From: Patescibacteria group bacterium
Lineage (GTDB): Bacteria; Patescibacteriota; Minisyncoccia; Phycocordibacterales; Phycocordibacteraceae
NCBI GenBank assembly: GCA_040388985.1
Contig: JAZKAU010000003.1
Span: forward strand, 110,896-174,895
Length of the DNA: 64,000 bases
Direction of reading: 5' to 3'
Under the pieces are notes generated by a model, which saw only the letters and a list, made by a program, of their open reading frames with translations, did no database searches and was not told the origin of the DNA. Both the position numbers and the translations under genes were made by a program. Shown in pieces: positions 8,062-18,800 of the stretch; position 1 is the first letter of the stretch, and the number at the start of each line of letters is the position of its first letter.

Positions 8062-8919
8062 TTATTGGTGTTCGCTCGTTATCTTTCCGTTAAGGGTCCG
8101 GAGTTCATTCAAGAACTTCTGCGCTTCTTCCTTCGACTTCGGATAGCCATGGTAGTGATAATCGAATTCTATCTCGGGAATACCTTTGCCCGGTATGGTG
8201 TGCGCGATGATGACGGTCGGCTTCTCGTATATGGTCTTCGCTTCTTCTATAGCGCCCACGAAGGCGCGGATATCGTGTCCATTCACTTCAAGCACGTGCC
8301 AGTTGAACGCTTCGTATTTCTCCTTGAGAGAATCGAGCGGCATGATGTCCTCCGTCATGCCGTCGATCTGGATATTGTTGCGATCGATGACGGCGGTGAG
8401 GTTGCTGAGCTTATTCTTTCCGGCGAACATGACCGCCTCCCACACGTTGCCTTCGTTCTGTTCCCCGTCGCCCATGCATACGTAGGTACGATTGCGCTTA
8501 CCGTCCATACGAGCGGCATAGGCCAAGCCGCACGCTTGCGAAAGTCCCTCGCCGAGCGGGCCTGAGGTGGTCTCAAGTCCCGGCAATCGCTCGCGCTCCG
8601 GGTGTCCCTGAAGCCGGCTTCCGAACTTGCGGAGTGTCAGGCACTCCTCTATCGGGAAGTATCCCGCATGCGCCATCGCAGCGTAGCGCACGGGTACGAT
8701 GTGGCCGTTGGAGAGGATGAGGCGATCGCGCTCTTCCCAGTCAGGGTTCGCGGGATCATGTTTCAATATATGGAAATAGAAAGCAGAAAATATATCTGCC
8801 ATATCGAGCGGGCCTGCGGTGTGCCCGCTCCCCGCTGCGATCAGCATGGACAGTATCGTTTCGCGTATCGCTTGCGCCTTCGCTTCAAGTTCTTGGATAT
8901 CGGTATCAGTAAGAGCCAT
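8062..8919 (-). CDS. Transketolase, N-terminal (TPP-binding) subunit
   Basis: SGH..G, DRLILSNGH, LQGHP, GPLGEG and the GDGE.NEG.VWEA TPP motif. Confidence 0.93.
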   Translation of the reverse strand: MALTDTDIQELEAKAQAIRETILSMLIAAGSGHTAGPLDMADIFSAFYFHILKHDPANPDWEERDRLILSNGHIVPVRYAAMAHAGYFPIEECLTLRKFGSRLQGHPERERLPGLETTSGPLGEGLSQACGLAYAARMDGKRNRTYVCMGDGEQNEGNVWEAVMFAGKNKLSNLTAVIDRNNIQIDGMTEDIMPLDSLKEKYEAFNWHVLEVNGHDIRAFVGAIEEAKTIYEKPTVIIAHTIPGKGIPEIEFDYHYHGYPKSKEEAQKFLNELRTLNGKITSEHQ

Positions 8920-8946
8920 CAGTAGAAGGATACCATGCGTACATTT

Positions 8947-9393
8947 CTAGAAATTACACAGATTCGAGGCGCCGGCACCCCACCAACCGGTATCAACGTT
9001 AACTCCGGTAAGACAGTTACTGCCTTTCTTTTCTGTATATACCCATAGTCCGTATGATTTCCCGGAAGAACCCCATACGTATCCGACATACGCTCCTTGC
9101 GGGTCCGGCGTGATTGCGGAGATATATGTTGGCGTAAGATAGGGAGCCAGACTGGTAAATGCAGTGCCGGCGTCCTGGCCGCCAGCTTGCGGATATGTGC
9201 TATTGGTATCGTAATACAGCTCAAGCGCAGTCTTGATCTGCCGTACAGTGGATATCCGTTGCGCGTCACGCGCTTTAGCGCGTGCGCTGTTGAGGCTTGA
9301 GAGCACTACGCTTGAAAGTATGCCGATGATGGCGATGACCACGAGAAGCTCGATGAGCGTAAATCCTTTCTTCTGAATCTGCGTTATTGTCAT
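8947..9393 (-). CDS. Type IV pilin-like protein with prepilin cleavage/methylation motif
   Basis: KKG|FTLIELLVVIAIIGILSSVVLSSLNSARAKARDAQR; C-terminal Cys pair. Confidence 0.9.
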   Translation of the reverse strand: MTITQIQKKGFTLIELLVVIAIIGILSSVVLSSLNSARAKARDAQRISTVRQIKTALELYYDTNSTYPQAGGQDAGTAFTSLAPYLTPTYISAITPDPQGAYVGYVWGSSGKSYGLWVYTEKKGSNCLTGVNVDTGWWGAGASNLCNF

Positions 9394-9400
9394 ACGAGCA

Positions 9401-9673
9401 TCAGCGAGCATTTCCTTGTGGCGGAAGCAGTACATTCTGCCCTTCGACATACGGATTCTTAGGAGGAGCATCTTTCCCTCTGGTAAAGAACATCGCCCCG
9501 AGCCCGACAATACAGAGTATGAGGACTATTACTAGCGCCCGCTGCGCTCCTTCTTCATCCTTAGCGAGACCGAGAGCGATGACAAGATGCTTCATTCCTG
9601 AGACAGATTTCGCCGAAGATAGGGCGCGCGACTCAATATCTATATTCTCTGAATCAAACCGTACTTCTGTCAT
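9401..9673 (-). CDS. Small membrane protein, hypothetical
   Basis: 90 aa with a hydrophobic helix (ALVIVLILCIVGLGAMFF); TG-TAGCAT lies 6 nt upstream of the ATG. Confidence 0.6.
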   Translation of the reverse strand: MTEVRFDSENIDIESRALSSAKSVSGMKHLVIALGLAKDEEGAQRALVIVLILCIVGLGAMFFTRGKDAPPKNPYVEGQNVLLPPQGNAR

Positions 9674-9693
9674 GTGGATATGCTAGCACGCGG

Positions 9694-10416
9694 CTACGCG
9701 TACATGCCATAGCGCACCGTGAGATCGGTGAATTCCTTGAAGGCCTCCGGCATGTTCGGCGCGCGCCAGAGCGCGGATCCCACGATAAGGCGCGAGACGC
9801 CCGCGGAGAGGAGGTCCGGCGCAGTTGAGAGCGAGACGCCGCCGTCTACCTGTATGGGCATATCCGGATACGTGCGCCTCCAGGCCGCGATCTTCGGAAG
9901 CACTCTACGGTCGAACGGTTCTCCCTGCTTCCCTATCGAAGAGATGCCCATAAATTGCACGTAATTGATATGGTCGAGATACGGCTCGATGAGGGAGATG
10001 TCGGTCCCGATATGGATAGCGAGTCCGAAGGACAACAGGCCCGCGAAATCCTTGTCGTGACCGTACGTAGTCTTAAAGTCGCGAATAAGTCTCGGAAGAT
10101 TGTGTGCAGTTTCCGCATGCACGGTTATGCGGCTCGCGCCTGCGCGTATCCAGCGCGCGATCTCGATTTCCGGACGTTCGACCATGAGATCCATCTCGAG
10201 GCATAGCCTGCCGAGATATGAGAAGGCGTCATCCTCAAGCTCCGGTTTCTCGTGCGCCGTTGCCGGATGTTCCGAGTAGGGCCATGACGCAGGTCGCACA
10301 TAGCGGCCGTCGACGATATCTATCTGCACATCAGTACAGAGTCCCTGCAACTGGAGCAGCTTCTCGTCGAGATCGGCGCGGGATGTCGGGAGTATGGCGG
10401 GGATGATGACGCTCAT
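9694..10416 (-). CDS. rpe: Ribulose-phosphate 3-epimerase
   Basis: IIPAIL, QIDIVDGRYV, MDLMV, QFMG...GKQG, IQVDGGV and IVGSA. Start MSVIIP at 10416. Confidence 0.85.
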   Translation of the reverse strand: MSVIIPAILPTSRADLDEKLLQLQGLCTDVQIDIVDGRYVRPASWPYSEHPATAHEKPELEDDAFSYLGRLCLEMDLMVERPEIEIARWIRAGASRITVHAETAHNLPRLIRDFKTTYGHDKDFAGLLSFGLAIHIGTDISLIEPYLDHINYVQFMGISSIGKQGEPFDRRVLPKIAAWRRTYPDMPIQVDGGVSLSTAPDLLSAGVSRLIVGSALWRAPNMPEAFKEFTDLTVRYGMYA

Positions 10417-10487
10417 GTCACAAAGTATAGCGCAGCGAAGGGACGCATCACGTTCCTGCGCTGTGCTATCGCGCGCGTATAGATAGT

Positions 10488-10970
10488 CTAAAATTTTCCG
10501 AGCCTGCGCGCGTGGCGCTCGTCTCCCGTGAACGGAGTCGTGAGGAAGGTACGCACGGCCTCGTCCGCCTGCGGCGGCGATACGAATCGCGAACCGATGC
10601 ACAGTATGTTCGCATCATTATGACGCCTGGCGAGTCGGACGATGTCATAACCATTCTCGGAGTGCCCGCCTTCGCGGTCGAGTGCCTCGATTGCCGAGAG
10701 CGGACCGTAGAAGACGGCAGCGCGGATTCCGGGAACGCGGTTCGCGCACATCGCCTCACCCTGTCCGCTGCCTGCGCATACGATGCCGAGCGAGCCGGCG
10801 TCCGCGAGTACCTTTTGAGTGAGTGGCTGCACGAAATCCGGATAGTCGTCATCCGGGTCAAGCGTGAACGCTCCGCAGTCTTCTATGTCGTTACCGAGAA
10901 GCGTCAATTGCTCGATAAGCGCATTCTTAAGTCCGAATCCGGCGTGATCGCAGGCAAGATATATCTTCAT
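10488..10970 (-). CDS. rpiB: Ribose-5-phosphate isomerase B (RpiB/LacAB family)
   Basis: LACDHAGFGLK, DDYPD, GSGQGEAMCANRVPGIRA, ARRHNDANIL and RHARR. Confidence 0.92.
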   Translation of the reverse strand: MKIYLACDHAGFGLKNALIEQLTLLGNDIEDCGAFTLDPDDDYPDFVQPLTQKVLADAGSLGIVCAGSGQGEAMCANRVPGIRAAVFYGPLSAIEALDREGGHSENGYDIVRLARRHNDANILCIGSRFVSPPQADEAVRTFLTTPFTGDERHARRLGKF

Positions 10971-11012
10971 ACTTATATATAGTACTAGCGAGCGTGAGAG
11001 GCGTATGAAGCG

Positions 11013-12026
11013 CTATGCGTTGCCGGCCTTTATCGCATGTTCGACGAGCGTATGGGTGTACCCTGCTTCGTTGTCATACCAGGCGAGGACCTTAACGAGA
11101 TTGCCATCGACCACGCGCGTCATGCCGAGGTCAGCGATGGAGGCGTATCGCTCGCCGATGATGTCGCTTGAGACCAGATCTTCGTCGGAGGCGCTGAATA
11201 TTCCCTTCCAGCGATCCTGTACCGCCGCGTCCCGCAAAATCTGATTCACTTCTTCAACGGTCGTCGGACGCTTTGCAACGAATGTAATGTCGGCAATGGA
11301 GCCTGCCGGCACCGGGACGCGCAGGCTGATGCCGTCGAACTTGCCGGCAAGCGACGTGTAAGCCTTCGTAACCGCGATCGCGGCACCCGTGGAGGTCGGA
11401 ACGATATTCTGGGCCGCTGCGCGACCCTCCTTCATATCTTTCTTCGACGGCCCATCGACGATGGACTGCGAGGCGGTATAGGCATGCGTGGTCGAAAGTA
11501 TGGCCTTCTCGATGCCTATCGTCTCGTCGAGTATGGCGATGACCGGACTTGCGGAGTTAGTGGTGCAGGACGCGTTGCTCGTTATCGGACATGTCGCGAA
11601 TTTCGATTCGTCGAGACCCATGAGGATGGTCGCACCGAGCGGACTCTCCTCCTTTACGGGCGCGGTAATGACGACACGGCGAGCGCCTGCCGTAATGTGC
11701 GCATTGGCTTTGTCGTAATCGGTGAAAAATCCGGTCGATTCGATGACCACATCCACCTGCAGATCCTTCCAGGGCAGGAGCGCCGGATCTTTCTCGGATA
11801 AGAACGCTACTTCTTTCCCATTCACGAGGAGCTTGCCGTCCTTAGCTTCCACCGGAAACGGCGCGCGCCTATATACGGTGTCGTATTTGAGAAGGTAGGC
11901 GAGATTCTCCAGAGAGCCGAGATCGTTTACGGCGACGAGCTCTATCTCGGGACGATTATACGTCTCTCGTACGAAGGCGCGGCCGATGCGGCCGAATCCG
12001 TTAATGGCGACGCGAATGGGTTTCAT
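11013..12026 (-). CDS. gap: Type I glyceraldehyde-3-phosphate dehydrogenase
   Basis: AINGFGRIGR, SNASCTTN and WYDNE.GY. Confidence 0.97.
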   Translation of the reverse strand: MKPIRVAINGFGRIGRAFVRETYNRPEIELVAVNDLGSLENLAYLLKYDTVYRRAPFPVEAKDGKLLVNGKEVAFLSEKDPALLPWKDLQVDVVIESTGFFTDYDKANAHITAGARRVVITAPVKEESPLGATILMGLDESKFATCPITSNASCTTNSASPVIAILDETIGIEKAILSTTHAYTASQSIVDGPSKKDMKEGRAAAQNIVPTSTGAAIAVTKAYTSLAGKFDGISLRVPVPAGSIADITFVAKRPTTVEEVNQILRDAAVQDRWKGIFSASDEDLVSSDIIGERYASIADLGMTRVVDGNLVKVLAWYDNEAGYTHTLVEHAIKAGNA

Positions 12027-12099
12027 ACAGGAAATCAGAAAATCTAGGAATTAATACCTTGAAATTCTACCACGCCCTATCTACCCATAAAGAAGCTCC

Positions 12100-12126
12100 A
12101 TATATGGACTTACGTTGTCCATATAT
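12100..12126. repeat. REP-like palindrome upstream of RAYT
   Basis: atatatggac-ttacgtt-gtccatatat; inverted relative to the copies at 12325 and 12857. Confidence 0.85.
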
Positions 12127-12181
12127 AAGATATTAGAAATTAGTGAGATTTATTTTAAGGCAGGTTTGCTATATTCTTCAC

Positions 12182-12844
12182 GTGACTCTTTTTCATGCAC
12201 TTAACCGCGGAGTTGATAAGCGAGAATTATTTCTCGACGAAGAGGATTATATACGTTTTATACATGACTTATATGTATTTAATGATGTCGAGGAGATATC
12301 ACCGAATCATCGTTTTCATACTTCATATATGGACAACGTAAGTCCATATATACGGAGTCCGCTTGTGACGATTCATGGATGGTGCTTGATGGATAATCAT
12401 TATCATTTGCTTCTATCGGAACTTGTAGAAGGAGGTCTACGCTTGTTCCTTCGACGGCTGAATGTCGGTTATGCAAAATATTTTAATGAGAAATATAAGC
12501 GTATAGGAGTGCTCTTCCAGGGAAGAACGAAGAAAATCCCGGTTAACGATGAGGCACACTTCCTGTATATCCTGCATTACATACATTTAAACCCATTAGA
12601 CTTATTGCCAGGAGCACGTGACTGGCGTACCAGGGACGGTGCGCAGATCCAAGATATGCAAGAAGCACTGGCATATCTTACGACCTACCGGTGGAGCAGT
12701 TATCTGGATTATGTAGGAACGAAGAATTTTCCTTCGCTTATTGATCCTTCGTTCTTTAATGATGCACTCGATGGCTACGCAGAATCACTCCAAGAATTTC
12801 TTTGGGATCGAGCAATCTCTCAACTTCCGTATGTGTTGGAGTAG
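12182..12844 (+). mobile_element. REP-associated tyrosine transposase (RAYT; IS200-like HUH Y1 family)
   Basis: FHALNRGVDKR, CLMDNHYHLL (HUH), FQGR.K, YIHLNP (catalytic Tyr) and YRWSSY. AT-richer than neighbours and flanked by palindromes. GTG start lies 6 nt after TG-TATATT. Confidence 0.9.
12325..12351. repeat. REP-like palindrome embedded in frame inside the RAYT CDS
   Basis: atatatggacaacgtaagtccatatat, translated as YMDNVSPY. Confidence 0.85.
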
Positions 12845-12856
12845 AGGTCTCAGGAG

Positions 12857-12879
12857 ATATGGACAACGTAAGTCCATAT
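12857..12879. repeat. REP-like palindrome downstream of RAYT
   Basis: atatggacaacgtaagtccatat, between the convergent stops of the RAYT and the giant gene. Confidence 0.85.
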
Positions 12880-12887
12880 TTTAAGAT

Positions 12888-15800
12888 TTAGGATGCGGGG
12901 GAAGAGTCAGGAGTTGGTGCAGGGTCGGATGAGACTACGGGGGCAGGATCCGGTTCGGGCGCAGGAGGCGCATCGGATCCCCCGCCTACGGCAGGCGCGA
13001 GCACGCTCACGGTGCGCGTTGCTTCTGCAAAGCGGCCGCTGGCGTCAGTCGCGCGGTAGGTCAGCGTGTAATCCCCGGGGGTCTGCGCATTCACGCCGCC
13101 CGAGACCGCGATCGAGCTCGTGAGGTCGGTGCCGTCAGCGGCTGCCGCAGTCGCGCCCGGATCCGTCCAAGTCGCGCCTTGCGCGATCTGGATCGAAGAT
13201 CCTCCGGTAAGCTGTATGACCGGATCGGTACCATTCTGAGGTTGTGTCCCGGACGGAGGAGGAGTCTGCTGATCTCCCGAATTCGGCGGCGCGACCGACG
13301 GCTGCGAAGGCGGAACGTTTCCGACGCTCGCTATCTGACCCTCAGTCTGTACGAGGAAGTAATCGAAGGATACCGGGATATCCTGCGCCTTGGCGAGCGT
13401 TATCGTGAAGCTTCCCTGCTCCTTCTTCGAGATGTACCAGGAACCATCGATTGAGCTCGTGAAGGTGAGGAATATCTTGGAAGTCGGGAGAACGAGGCTG
13501 TTCTCGACCTTGAATTCGGTCTGGCCGTTCGGAATCACGACGGATCCGGCGCTTGCCGTGCCGTTGCTATCAGCACTCAGTACGAGCTGATGCGTGACGA
13601 TGGTCGTGAACTGCGCGATACCGTCATGCACGATGATACCGAGCTCCTCGAGCAGCTTCTCGAGTCCGGAAGCCGCGATGCTGAGCGGGCCGGTGGCGCT
13701 CGTACTCGTAGCGTTCTTAGCTGTCTCGAGAAGGGCGAGGCGCGACTCAAGGTCGTCGATACGCAGTGCGAAGGTGTCGAAGCGTGCGCTCAGCGCCTGT
13801 ACGCCAGCGACGCCGTAGCTTGCGAGCTTGTAGAGATCCACGTTCGTAGCGCTATCGGTAAGGACTTCGTCGGGCAGCGTCACGCTGATAGTCGTCGAGC
13901 CGTACGCGAACGTCGTGGCGTTCGCCGGCACGATGTAGCGGGCAGCCGATACGGTGCCGTCGGCGTTCACGCTCTGCGCGTGCAAGGTGCCTGCAGATAC
14001 GCCTTGCGCAATCTCCATGCTCGCAGCCGTCACGCTCGTAGCCACGAGCTCATGCGGGAGCTGCGCCGCCGCCTGCTCGGCGGTCGCCTTGCTCTCGACG
14101 CTATCCAGGCGGACCGCGAGGCTTGTGAAGGAACTCGCGAAGGAGTCAGTCCTGCCAGCGAGCTCCTTGATGGCGTTCACGCTCGCGGCGATGATAGGAC
14201 GGTCGGCAAGCGTGAGGAACCCCCGGCTGTCAGTTGCCACGGCTTCAGGAATGGCCGATTGCACGTTCTGGGCGCTGAAACCGGCATACTGGCCGTTCTG
14301 GTCGAGTCCGGACGTCGCATTCCAGTGGTAGAGGATAGGTGAAAGCTTCTCTATATCCGCGAGCCCGCGCGTAAAGCTACCACTGATGTTCTTCAGCCGC
14401 TCGTCGGAGGAAGCCGTTACATTTCCTAAGTTGTCGGTCGTGAGATTCGCGCCCGCGCTCGCAAGGCCGGCGAAGCGGACCGAGCCGGTGGTCGTGAGCT
14501 GTGCGGTAGGCGTACTGGTACCGATACCGAGATTACCGGCACCGGTGAGCGTAAGGAGGTTCGCGCCGGATGAGGACGCTACGGTGAAGGGATTCGTACC
14601 CGCCGTCCCGAGCACGGTGAGGGATCCTCCTGAGGATATGCCGCCCGTACCTACCAGCAGTCCGTTGCGTATATAGAGGTCACCGCCGATGTCCCCGTTC
14701 TCGAGCACGCTCAGGGTCTGCGTATTGGCGGCACCGAAGCTCGCCGAGGGCGCTTCCATGCCATCTATATCAAGGACCGTGAACTTCGAGCCAGCGTTCA
14801 CGTACGCATACTTTCCGGAGATGAATATGCCGCGCGGATTATTCAGGTTAGTCGAATCCTGCAGCGACGTGACGACCGTAGGCGCAGCGGGATTCGAGAT
14901 GTCGACGATCGTAAAGCGGTTAGTACCGTTCGCCGAGACGTACGCATAGCGGCCTGCGACATACATGTTCTTCGGCGCGTTCAGGTTCGTGTTATCCACG
15001 ATTCCGGCCACGAGAGTCGGGGCCGACGGCGTCGAGACATCGACGACGGCGAACGAGTTCGTATTCTGACCGAGCACGTATGCGTAGCGGCCGGACACGT
15101 AGACGTCCTTTGCGTTGAGCAGATACGTAGCATTGTTGAGGGATCCGACGACGACGGGAGCGGCTGGGTTCGAGACGTCGACGACCGTGAGTCTGGAGCC
15201 GGTCGCTCCCGCCGTGGTCACATACGCGTACTTTCCCGAGACATACACAGAGTCCGGGGTCAGGAGGTTGGTAGCATCTACTATCGAGCCTGCAATAACC
15301 GGCGTAGTCGGATTCGAGATGTCGACGACGACGAGCGCGTTCGCGCCGTTCGCGGCGACATACGCGTAGCGGCCGGAGATATACAGGCCGCGCGCAGAGT
15401 TAAGGAGCGAGTTAGTTACGGAGCCGACCACGGCAGGAGCGGCAGGATTCGAGACGTCGACGACCGTGAACCTATTCCCGCCGGTAGCGGTCACATATGC
15501 ATACTGGCCCGCAACGCGGACGGTGAATGCACCGTTCAAGTTGGTGGAGTCGACGACCGAGCCTACCACAACGGGGGCAGACGGGACTGCGATATCGATG
15601 ACGGACAGCTTGAAACCGCCAGCCGCGTCGACCGAGTACGCGTAGCGGCCGGAGATAGCCACGCCGATGCCGTTCGTACCGCTCGCTATGCTCACCGTGC
15701 CTTTCACGGTAGGGACTGTCGAGACGGTCTGGAGATAGCTGCCTCCAGTGAGCGCGAGGCGGGTTGAGGGGGTCGAGGTACCGATTCCGACGTTCCCGGA

Positions 15801-18800
15801 ATCGAGGACAGTCAGGAGCGGCGTATTGGATGAGTTCGTAAGCTGGAAGTTCGCAGCAGTGGTCGTTCCCACGCCCTTGACCGAGAGCCGGGCGAACGGA
15901 GAGGTCGTTCCCACGCCGAAGTTACCGGTGGTATCGAGGAAGATAGAGGAAGTCGCCGTGAACGTATTGGTAGCGCTGAAGTAGCCGAGCTGGCCGGTGG
16001 TACCGGTCAGGAGAGCCTGCTTATTGTTGAACGTGATCCAGTCAGCTGCCGTAAGGAAGCCCTTGGTGGTCGAGGCGGCGGCCTGGCCGTTGGCGTAGTC
16101 GAGCGATATGAGACCTGAACCGTTGTCGTTGAAGTCGGCGGCTAGGAAGGTTGCCGCTCCCTTGGTGGCGCCGTCTGCCACCGCGTTGTTGATACCGAGC
16201 GCGCCTCCGGTGAAGGTGAGCGGGCTCGATACCGTCGCGTTGCTGAAGCCGCCCGAACCGTTTCCGTAGAGGAGTGAGGAGCCGGTGGTGGCGGGGGCCA
16301 AGCCCAGGGAAGTGGTGGAGACCGAAAGCGCGCCTCCGACATTCGAAAGTCCGCTGCCAAGCAAGCTGGTGAAGGTGGAGCCTCCCAGGGTGAAGTTGGT
16401 CGTAGCTTCGTTGGTAGTCGTAGCGCTTGAGGCAGTGAGCGTGCCGAGCGTGGTGGCTCCTGAAACGGTGAGATTAGTCGTCGACGCATTCCCCAGACTG
16501 GTCTGGCCCGACACCGTAAGACTCGTGAGCGTACCCACGCTCGTGAGACTTGAGTTGACGACATTCGCGGCGAGCGTCGTACCCGTGAGCGTTCCTGCCG
16601 GAGCCACCACCGCGTTCGTGGAGACTGCGGTGATGAGGCCCTTGGCGTTGACCGTGAAGCTCGGGATGGCGGTGGATGAGCCGAAGGAGCCTGGGGTTGC
16701 GTTGACAGTGGCGAGGGTGAAAGTTGCGGAGCCCGGGCCTGTGGCGGTGCCGTCACCCGTGAGTGCGGTGATGTAGTTGCCGGATGCTTGGAAGCCGAGG
16801 GTTGAAGTGGCGACCCATTGAGGCGGAGCTCCTGCACCGAAGGACTGCAAGACCTGGCCTGAGGTGCCGGCTTGGCTGTTGAAGAGTGCGGCACCTGCCT
16901 GCGTGATCTCGAACATGCTGGCATTGGTGGATGAGGATACGCGGAACGGATTGGTTCCCCCGAGGCCCGTGACCTGCAGAGTGGTTGCAGGGGTAGTGGT
17001 GCCGATGCCGACAGAGCCCGCAAAGTAGTTGATGTCTGAGGTGCCCGCCGCATACACGCCATATCCGTTGGTCACGCCAGTGATCTTCTGCGCCTGCGCA
17101 TACAGGCCGTATGCATTCGTCACAGTTCCTGACGTTATCGTAGGAGTACGTCCGACCACTCCATATCCGTTGGTTATCGTTCCACCTCCGAGGATACGCA
17201 CACTAGCGATCGCTCCGTATGCGTTTGTCACGGTACCCGCGTTACTGACTTGTGAGTTTCCATCAAATCCGGTGGCGCCTCCGATCCCCGTATTCGTGAC
17301 CTCGAACGCAGCACCGTAGGTCATGCTCGAAGTGTTGAAGACGGTAGAGTTCGATGAAGAAAGTAATGCAACGGAAGTGCTGTTACTGCCGTTACCAATA
17401 ACGAGGTTTCCGCCGAGCTTAACATTGCCCGCCGCGACATGAAGAGCCCACGCGTTCGTAATCGTTGTATTGGTGCTCGCAAGCGGTGCGTTCGCTATAT
17501 AGAGAGTAGAGGCATCCGTAAGAGTAACCGGGCTCGACGCGACGAGCGTCGGCCTTCCGAAGGAGCTCGCGGCGCGCGTCGCGATAGTGCCAGAACCTGA
17601 GGTGTCTGTGAGCGTACTCGCATCTACCGCGAGGTTGAGGCCGGTTGTCGTCCATGAGGCTGCAGATTTCGCGCCACCGATATTCAAAAGTGCGGCAGGT
17701 GCGATAACTCCGATTCCGACATTCCCCGTACTAGTGACCGTAAGCAGTCTCGCCTCCGTAGAAGAGGCAATGGCGAATATATCTCCCGTGCCTGCGGTTC
17801 CGGTAACGGCAAGTCTTGCCGACGGCGTACTCGTCCCCACTCCCACATTCCCTCCGCTCGTGATGGAGAGTCGCGTGGTATTGCCCGTGATGAGATTCAG
17901 CTGGTTGCTGTCGATGGTGCCGAGCGTCGCTGTCGCTCCGAATGAGTTGCCTCCTTGTTTGAAGTAGGTGGTGTCGAGTGCAAGAGATGATGTTGAAACA
18001 GTGAGAACTCCTGCAGTATTGGTAAGACCGGTACCAAGAAGTGATGTGAAGGTCGAACCACCGAGCGTGAAGTTGGTCGTAGCTTCGTTGGTAGTCGTAG
18101 CGCTTGAGGCAGTGAGCGTGCCGAGCGTGGTGGCTCCTGAAACGGTGAGATTAGTCGTCGACGCATTCCCCAATGTGGTCTGGCCAGAGACCGTGAGCGC
18201 CGTGAGGGTACCGACGCTTGTGAGGCTCGAGTTCACGACGTTCGAAGCGAGCGTGGTCCCGGTCAGCGTCCCTGCTGGAGCCACCACCGTACTGGTGGAG
18301 ACCGCGGTGATGAGGCCTTTGGCGTTGACCGTGAAGACTGGGATGGCAGTTGAGGAGCCGAAGGAGCCTGGGGTTGCGTTGACAGTGGCCAAGGTCGCAG
18401 CAGCTGAGCCGGGGCCGGTCGCGGTGACGTCACCGGTGAGTGCGGTGATGTAGTTGCCGGATGCTTGGAAGCCGAGGGTTGAGGTGGCGACCCACTGGAT
18501 ACCGGTGCCGGTGGTCTGGAGGACTTGGCCGTTTGTTCCAGCTGAGGTGTTGCCCGCGTACAGAGCTCCAGTGAGGCCGATGTCGCCTGCCACCGTGAGC
18601 GTGCGTCCAGGGGTGGTGGTGGCGATGCCGACGTTGCCAGCTGCAGTAAGTACCATTGCAGCATTTGATGTGGCACCAATAAAGAGATTGCTTGAGTAAC
18701 GAATACCAAGGTCGGTAGCCGCAGAGCCTGTGAAGTACGCAGATGCGCGACCGAAGTTCTGAACTGAAGCGCCAAGTGCGGAAAGTGAAATAGTTGGGAG

